In this document: piece after piece, positions 1 to 8,200 of the stretch
How positions within the stretch are numbered: position 1 is the stretch's first letter
Layout of the letters: each line of letters begins with the position of its first letter
Origin: Candidatus Iainarchaeum sp.
Lineage (GTDB): Archaea; Iainarchaeota; Iainarchaeia; Iainarchaeales; JAAZKV01
Direction: 5' to 3'
Length of the DNA stretch: 64,000 nt
Assembly: GCA_026397015.1 (NCBI GenBank)
Contig: JAPLVR010000003.1
Location: 96,001 to 160,000 of the forward strand
Translations under genes and position numbers: made by a program
Notes under the pieces: generated by a model
Database searches by the model: none
Seen by the model: the letters and a program-made list of their open reading frames with translations, nothing else
What the model was told of the DNA's origin: nothing

Positions 1-2
1 TG

Positions 3-669
3 AAAAGGAGGAGCCGTGAACATTACGCACACTCCGTAAGAACCGCCCTTCTTGCTTCAAAAATAGGCCGCCATCTCAATACCGACCCGAAGGCGTTTCT
101 TTTTGTCGGAGCCCTTCACGATATCGGAAAAATAAAAATTCCCGGTAAAGTGCTTGGAAAAAAAGGGGCGTTTACAAAAACGGATAAAAAAAATAATGGA
201 CAGGCACGTGCTTTACTCCTATAAAATGCTCAAAAAAATACACCCTTTTTCCGCAGAGATTTCCTTGCTCCACCATTATTACCAGTTAGAAGGCTACCCG
301 AAAAAATTGCCAAAAAGAAATCCGAAATTTTCCCCTGAAACGTGGAAAAAAATCGAGTTTTACGCAAAGATTCTTGCAATCGCGGACGTTTATGATGCTG
401 CAACAACCAGGCCCGCAAAGGCGCATGGCTTCAGGAGGCCTCTTGCCCCTGCAGAAGCAAAGGCGTGCCTGATAAAAAAATTTATGGAACCGGAACAAAG
501 AAAAATAATAAACTGTTTGTACAGGGCAAAAATTTTTGGCAAAAAAACAAAAATTCCTTCACAAAAAATGCGGGCCGGAAAAACTTTAAAGAAAAGGAAA
601 TTTCCTGCAGGCAAGACAATTGTGCAAACCGGCGGCGGAAGAATTGTAATGCGGCGCATCCGCCGTTAA
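3..669 (+). pseudogene. HD-GYP domain metal-dependent phosphohydrolase, 5'-partial, with a frameshift at the A8 run 186-193
   Basis: The frame from nt 3 reads HSVRTALLA...LHDIGKIKIP..VLGKKGAFT. The ORF at 154-669 continues MDRHV...HHYYQLEGYP...ILAIADVYDAATTRP. Deleting one A from 186-193 joins them into a canonical HD-GYP. Confidence 0.8.
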
Positions 670-731
670 ATAAAAAACATATTCGGCAGCAACAGAAAAG
701 CATTTTAACCCCGAAGCGGTTTATTATCTTC

Positions 732-1391
732 ATGCCCTCAAAAAAAAAATATGCGTTTAAGAAAAAAACCGCGAAACGAAAGGCGGCGCTTCCAGAAAAA
801 ATAAAATCGCACTGGGCGAAACAGGAAGAGAAAATAAGGAAAAGCCAATTGAGGCAATTTGAATTTTTTATTCTCGGTTTTGTTTTATTCTACTTAATTG
901 TTTCAGCGATTGTTTCAATTGTTCCGCAGAGTTTTTTCGAGGCCCTTACGGGAATGACACTAAAAAGTTTGCTTGCACTGCAGGGATTGGAGGTAAGCGG
1001 AGCGATAAAAGCGGTTGAAGGGTTCGGCGAGGTTTTTGTTCTGCAAATTGGAAGCGGAACGGCGGCAAAAGAAATAATCATTTCATGGCTCTGTTCGGGC
1101 ACATTCGAAATAATTATTTTGGCTTGCGCGATTCTGGCGAGCTTTGGCGTTGAGTGGAGGAAGAAGTTTCACGGAATAGCAGTTGCAATAATCGCAGGAT
1201 ACTTTTTCAATTTGATTCGCGTTTGGCTCACCGTAAATATTGTGCTGACGCAAAATATCCAAATCGTTGAATTCGCGCATGACTTACTGTTCAGGGCGGT
1301 GCTTTTCCTATACATAACAGGATTTTATATTTTATGGTTTTTTTGGGCGGTTGGGGCAACAGAAAAAACAATCGGCAAAAAACGAATTTAA
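732..1391 (+). CDS. Archaeosortase/exosortase family membrane transpeptidase
   Basis: Multi-TM protein with Cys motif IISWLCSG, NLIR (Arg) and FAHD (His) in the order typical of the family. ATG at 732 is preferred over the overlapping 465 start. Confidence 0.8.
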   Translation: MPSKKKYAFKKKTAKRKAALPEKIKSHWAKQEEKIRKSQLRQFEFFILGFVLFYLIVSAIVSIVPQSFFEALTGMTLKSLLALQGLEVSGAIKAVEGFGEVFVLQIGSGTAAKEIIISWLCSGTFEIIILACAILASFGVEWRKKFHGIAVAIIAGYFFNLIRVWLTVNIVLTQNIQIVEFAHDLLFRAVLFLYITGFYILWFFWAVGATEKTIGKKRI

Positions 1392-1398
1392 AAATACC

Positions 1399-1406
1399 TT
1401 TAAATA
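1399..1406 (+). promoter_or_regulatory. Putative archaeal TATA box for the toxin-antitoxin pair
   Basis: TTTAAATA preceded by an A-rich BRE-like run, about 33 nt upstream of the GTG at 1440. Confidence 0.4.
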
Positions 1407-1439
1407 CTTGAGGGGCACAATAAATGTAGTGATTTTATA

Positions 1440-1724
1440 GTGAAAGTTTATTGGACAAAGCACGCAGTGGAAAGGTTCATAGAAAGGGCGCTGATTCACG
1501 GCTTTACCAGAACGGAAATAGAAATTATAATAAAAAAACAGGAAGTCAGAATTCCAAAAGGGCTTGATGAAAAATATGGCAAAAACAAATTTGAAACTAT
1601 CGGTTTGGTTGCCGGAAAATATTTAACCGTGCAAAAGGCAGAGGGCAAGGAAAACATTATTGTAATTACCCTATGGGAATCAAAGGAAAAGGAGGTTAAA
1701 ATATGGCTTTCAAAACAAAAATAA
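1440..1724 (+). CDS. DUF4258-like (RelE-superfamily) putative toxin
   Basis: 94 aa; N-terminal WTKHAVERFIER and C-terminal IIVITLW; overlaps the downstream zinc-finger gene. Confidence 0.65.
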   Translation: MKVYWTKHAVERFIERALIHGFTRTEIEIIIKKQEVRIPKGLDEKYGKNKFETIGLVAGKYLTVQKAEGKENIIVITLWESKEKEVKIWLSKQK

Positions 1725-2047
1725 AATGCCCAATATGCGGGGGAAACGCAATCCTCTCAAAAGCGGGCATGGAAACGATGAATGGCCTCATAAGGATAAA
1801 AGACAATCCGGTTTACGAGTGCCAGAAATGCAAAGAAACGGTTGCAAGCGGCGAGATGGTTGACAGGGCGCTTGAAAAGGCAAGGCACCAATTCAACTTT
1901 GAGAGGCAGATAATTTCCACCGGCGGCTCGCTCGCAATAACACTGCCGACGGACGTTTCAAAATACTACCGCCTAAGCAAGGGAAAAACAATCCAAATAA
2001 TACCGCAGGCAAAGAATGAATTCAGAGTAATAACGCAAAAGCAATAA
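1703..2047 (+). CDS. YgiT/MqsA-type zinc finger fused to an AbrB/SpoVT-like domain; putative antitoxin
   Basis: CPICGG...YECQKCKE zinc ribbon followed by RQIISTGGSLAITLP..VSKYYRLSKG, an AbrB-like motif. Confidence 0.7.
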   Translation: MAFKTKIKCPICGGNAILSKAGMETMNGLIRIKDNPVYECQKCKETVASGEMVDRALEKARHQFNFERQIISTGGSLAITLPTDVSKYYRLSKGKTIQIIPQAKNEFRVITQKQ

Positions 2048-2099
2048 TCTACACACAGTAAGCCTTTTATTAATCTACAACGCCCCCGAAAACAAAACC

Positions 2100-2107
2100 T
2101 TTATTAA
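2100..2107 (+). promoter_or_regulatory. Putative TATA box upstream of giant protein 1
   Basis: AAAACC-TTTATTAA; a similar element lies at about 2062-2073. Confidence 0.3.
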
Positions 2108-2218
2108 TACAGTAAAGATATAATCAATACAATAGGAGCAATCAATTTTAGCGAGTTAACTAGTTAAGTGAATTGGGGAATTTAGGCGTTGAAGTTGGAG
2201 TTTGTTGGGGTGCTTTGA

Positions 2219-5200
2219 TTGATTTCCGAGAAGTTGGCCGGCTTTTACACAAGGGTTGAAGACAAGTACTTTGATTTCCTTGATTTTTTAGACGCAAAAG
2301 GCATGCCCGTTTACAAATACTCCGATTTTTTCGAAAACAAGGGAATACCGAGTTTTATTGTCACAGTTGCGATTCTTGTTCTGCTGATTACTTTGATAAG
2401 TGTTGGCCTGGCGATGAGCGTGCCGGCGACGCAGCAAATAGTTCTGATGCTGAGGGATGCGGAGGGAAATCCGTTGCAGGGAGTAAGTGTAACAGTTTTG
2501 AATATGAGCGGGGAAACTATCGCCGGACCGTTGGAAAAGAATGACGGCGACACAATCGAAATCCCGAAACTGCCGCAGGGAACGAAAGTTAAGCTGATTG
2601 CGAGCAAGGACGGCTACCAGATAGGAGATGCTGAAATTGCGCTCGGAACAGAAATTGCAACCGGAACGTTATCGCTCGAACCCGCATTCGAAGGAATAAA
2701 CGCAATCCTGAATCTTGTTGATGCCGAAAACGGAACAAACATTACCGGAGCCACAGCGATGGCAACCTGGAACGAAATGCTTTTCAATTTTGACACAGAC
2801 AACAACGGAAACTACATTAAATCCGGAATGCCCGAGGGAAAAACTGTTACTCTTACTGCGGAAGCGGACGGCTACGACGGGCTTTCGACCACAACAACTT
2901 TCTATGATAAAAGCCCGCGAATTTTTAAGATGACCCCTTCGAGCCAGGGATACGACCAAAAATCAAATGTAATTGTCACTGTAAAGGACTCGGCCGGAAA
3001 CACAATCGATGGCGCAAAAGTAACTCTCATCAACAAGGCAAATGAGGTAATTCTTTTAGAGGATTACACAAAACAGGGAAGCGTTGCGGGCGCAATACAA
3101 ACTGGAATTGTGCTAAAAATAATTGTTGAAAAAGACGGTTACCTTCAATATGATTCAGAAAGTGAAGCGAAACTAATAACGCTAAGGGAAAAAGAAAGGC
3201 AGATAGACGTTGTGCTAAAACAGGGCGGGGAAAAATTGAATGTTCTTGTTACAAACAAGCTCGGCCTCGCGCTTGAAAACACGAGCGTTCAACTTTATGA
3301 TATTCAGGGAAACCTTATTGATGCGGGAAAAACAACTGTAAGCGGAATCGAATTCGGAGGCCTTGATTCAAATGAAATGCTTATTGTTACGGCGCATCAC
3401 GAAGGATATCTTGCGCAGAGAAAAAAGGTAAATGTCGCTTCAACGGAAGAGGTAACTTTCGCGCTCGAACCCGTAACCGGCAACAATTCCGCAGCGCTCG
3501 ATATTTTTGCGGTCGATGAGTTTGCGCAGGTGGTAAACGGAGCGAATGTAGCAATCTATATTAATGAAGACGGAAACATGCTGCCATACGGTTACTCAGA
3601 ACTTGTAACGCCGATAACCGGATATGTGCGCGCGACTGTGGAAAGCGGAAAAATTTATGAGGTCAGGGCGGAAACGGCGGTGCTCCAGGGAGAAACAAGC
3701 GCGCAAGTTCCGGGGAAAACGCCGGTGAAGGCGTACGTCATAATGAAAAAGAAGGCGCAGATACTTGAAATGATTTTTGAGGGCCCAAAGGGGGAAAAAA
3801 TCTACGGAACGGCGGAAGTAAATACGATTGAGGGAGAACCTCTCTACGACGGAAATATTTCAAATTCAAAAATTTTCTTCGACGCGGAAGGAAAAGAAGT
3901 TGTTGAAGTAATAGTTTACCTTTCCGATGGAAACATGTTTTCCGAGAATGTAAATGTAAAAGGAAAAGACACTGTAACGGTTGTGGTTTACGGTGGAACT
4001 GTAGATGCGCTGGCGCCGAAAATCGAATTTGTGGGCCTTGAGGATGAGGCTGGAAATGAAATCGGCGGAATTACGCCGGGTGCTTTTTATTGGGCAAAAT
4101 TTTCAGTAACGTTCCCTCTCGGGGCGGAAAAAGGCGGGGTCCATTTTAGAATTGGAAACGATGCTGTTAAGTTTGCTGAATCTGGCAACGGCGCAATATT
4201 TGAGCTGGGCATGCAGGGCGCCAACACTTTTTATTCTACTTCATACTCCCCAACGCCAGCGCCGGGAAATGAAACGATCGACAGAGCAAATGCAGGGGAT
4301 GTTGGAAATGCAAACAAATGGGTCGAAGGGACTCTTGGCCAGCCGAACGGAACTTACATCGCAAAAGTAAAAATAAGAGTGAGCGATTACACCGCCGGAA
4401 CAATCGATTTGAAATACAGGGCGTGGGGAATAAACCAAACAAGCTATTACAGAAATCCGGAAGACATTTCGCTTGGAAACAATGCATTTACGGATGCGAA
4501 AAGCGGGCTCTACGCGGAGGCAAGAGTTCAACAGTTGAAGCTTTACGAATCATTGCCGGAATGCAGCGGAAACATTTGCCTCGCATTAAATTTCCTTGAC
4601 GGCGATGGAAAATTTTACGATACCACCGCGTTCCAACCAATAAAAGGAAATGTTTATGCTCTTGAAGCGGAAGTTTCAGTGCAAGAGGGGGAAACAGTTG
4701 AGATGACAGTTTCTTCCCCTGAAAAAATAAAGTTCACTTCAGTACAGAAAGTTGCGGCAGGGTCTTCAACAGGATTTTCCGGAAGTGAAACGGGAGGAAC
4801 AACGAGCGGCTTCGGCGGAGGAAACGGAACAACCACTTATGGAACAGGCACAGGGGATTCCAACACGGGAATTTCAACGGGGCTTGTGGACAGGGCGACA
4901 GCGAGCGGCGTTCCTGAAGTTTTTTCTCAAAAGAAAAGCAAATTGAGTTTCGCGGCAACGGACACGAATTACTTCCCAACAACACTGGGTTCAAGCAGCG
5001 ACATACAGGGGATGGTTCCAAGGGGCGCCGGAACGACTGGTGGATTAGCGGGAACAAAAGAGATGACGACACGCGTCACGATAGGGCCAGGAGGAAAACA
5101 AAGAATAAGATTTTATTTCGTGGGCGATGATCTTGGAGCGGCCCAGATAAATTTCAAAGCAGTCGGAAGCACTCAAATTGAGAAAGCAATTTCATTCAAC

Positions 5201-8200
5201 ATTGTCGCACAAAAAGAACTTCTTGTAGAGCTCAGCAAGGACCAGGTAAATTTGGGGGAGGCTTTCACGGTAAGGGTCAGGGACACAAATTCTGGGCCGA
5301 TTGAAAACGCGCTGGTAAAAATAGTGGACAAAAAAGGTGAGGCAATAAAAAGCATTTCCGGAACTGGAAAAATAGACGAGGGGAAAAGTGGAAATTATAA
5401 GGTCGCAAATAATTTTGATGCCGGCCTTTACACTGTGCAGGTCAGCGCGCCGACTTATCCGACAAAAGAAGTTCCCTTACTTATTACCACAAAAAATATT
5501 TTGGATTTCCCCGATACAATAGAAGTCAAAATGCCTTTCAATCAAACGCAATCAGTTGTGAGCCCTCAACCGCAGTTACTAAACAATTCTGAGTTTCAGC
5601 TGCTTAACATCACTTATGAATTAAATGGAAACGACAAAAACAAGGACAATGAAATAAATAATTTCAAATTTACAATCGGCCTTCCGCCCGCATTGGGAAA
5701 GAACGGAAAAATAATGGTGCCGATAACTGTTAGTTACACCGGAAACGTTTCGGATTCGGCGGACGAAACCGCTACGCTCACAATAAAGGCGATGATTGAA
5801 GGAAAATTTTTGACGCAGATAAGTTCGAAAGTGCATGTTTCTTACAACAAAAAAATGGATGAAGCGTGTTTGAAGATAGAGCCTTCAAGCGTCACAATAA
5901 ATCTGATAGGAACCGCGGAATCAACGGATTCTGAAACGGTTGAAGTTACAAACGGATGCGAACAAACGCTGATGATGAAAAAAAGGGTAAAGGAAAACAC
6001 GACAAAATCTTACATAATAGTTGATTCCGAAGAGTTGAGCCTCGAAGTCGGCGAAACAAAAAATGTTACAGTTACTGCGAGAAACTTAATTGACAGAAAG
6101 TTCCAGCGCGACAACAGTTTCAGTTATGAAATAATTTGGGACGCAAATTATTTGACGAAAAGATTGCCTGTTACTGTAAAAACAATAAATCCGAGCATGG
6201 CGCTGAGTTATCCCGGCCAAATAACTTTGTGGCTGGCGCAAAACTCGCAGAATGCAAAGGCAACTGCTATGCAGCCAATCTTTGTGACGAATATTTCAAA
6301 CTTCCCCGTAGAGGGAATAACTTTCAGCGCCCAGCGCGATTATGGAAGCGGAACGAATGTGAGCTTAAGCATTGAGCCGCCCGGAACAATAACTCTTGAA
6401 AAAGGGCAATCCGCTGCAAAAAACGCCTTCGCGCAGGCGGCTTCGGTAATAACCGAGCCTGTGAGAGCTTCAATTCTGATAAGGGGAAGGATGGGAAACC
6501 TAGACAACAGGAGCGGCCAGAGAGACGGCTACGGGTATTATGAAAATTATTACAATGATTATTACAATCAGTACGAAAACTCCAGCGGCACAACGTTGAC
6601 AAATAACATAAACACTTACGCGCCGGCAACAAATGTTTACACAACGGGAATGGAAGACCTCGGAGTAATTGATGTGATGATTTATTACTCTGGTTTCAAT
6701 TGTTTCAAAGTTTCGCCGATAGATGATATGACATTCAATATTTCGAGCGCGGGCGCGCAGATAGCGAAAAGGGTTGCGATACAAAACGACTGTGCCGAAC
6801 CCGTTACGGTAACGGGCGTTGTTGCAAAAACGCCTGAAGTAATTCTTAGCATTTACCCCCAAGTAACTGTCGGAGTAAAACAGAGAGTAGAGGCAATGAT
6901 TACTGTTACGCCGAGAACGGCACTCGGAAGATTTGCCGATGCGATTGATGAAAGCAAACTCAATAATCCAAATGCAATTTTCTTTGCGGAAGATCCGTGT
7001 AAAGACGTGTTATGTGATGATGGCAACCCGTGCACGGAAGATACCTGCTCTAATGGAAACTGCTCGCATACAAAAAAAGCCGACGGCACTTCCTGCGGCG
7101 AGGGAAAAACATGCAAAAATGGTTCCTGTGTCACAGCAACGCCAGTTGCTCCGACAACTACCCCGCCGGTAACGACACCCACTACCACTCCTTCCACAAC
7201 AAAACCGTCAAGTGCAAGCATTTCGCCGGCATCAACAAGAATCCCAAATTATCCGATAGTAATAGTCGGAATAACTTCCATAAGTCAAACTCCTTTGGAA
7301 AGCAAGCCGATAACAATTTCTGTTTATTCCGACCAGGACGGCGCGGGACAATTCAGCAAAGTAAACAAGGGCGTAAAAATTTCTGTTTGCGGAAAAACGG
7401 AAAAGGAAAGCGTTGATTTCCCGAAAACGGGTTCGAACTGTGCGGAAAACTACTGCGACGGAAAAACAGCCGCAAAATATTTGGGGCAGAAATTGAACAC
7501 GATGATAAAAAATGCGGAATCCGCAGGATACTCAAAACAGAATCTTACCGAAAATTTCGGATGTGAAAATCAAGGGTATTGCACATTCGGCGCGCTCGGA
7601 ATAAAGAAAGAAACAATTCCGCTTTATCTGCAAAACGACAAGATAAGCGATGAATCATTAAGCGAAAGCCTGCAGGAGCAGAGCAGCGGCCAGACAACCG
7701 GATTCAGGGGGATAACGGGAATCGGAAATTATTTAATCGAGCCTTTTGAAGTTACGAATGAAACCATAAGCATGATTGCGCAGGCGGGATCATACCCGAG
7801 AAGAATTTTCCTTGACAATGCCCTGAAAGGATGCGGATTTTACAGAATAAGTATTGACGGGGCGTTCCCTGTTTCCGGCGGGCAAATAATGTTCACGGAA
7901 CCAGTCATTGTAATAAAGGCCGAGGACTTCGGCTCCGGCAAAAGAATTGACACAAAGGAATGCACCAGCAACATAATCAATATTTCAAACTTCAATCCTG
8001 TGGACGAGGGATACACTGCGGGAGATAGCAAGGGCACAATGCTTGCAACAGTTGGAGGAGGCTCGAAGCTTGATGAAATTGCAAAAAGGGTTGCGAAAGA
8101 AAGATACAAAGATGAAACAAGAAACAGTTCAACAGGGCCGGGAGCAAGAGTTGAAATAAAAGAGGGCCCAGTTGAAGAAGCGCTGGCACAGGTATGCATG

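Noticed and set aside
465-731. N-terminal extension of the 465-1391 ORF
   Set aside because: It overlaps the HD-GYP coding region in another frame; ATG 732 gives a sensible archaeosortase.
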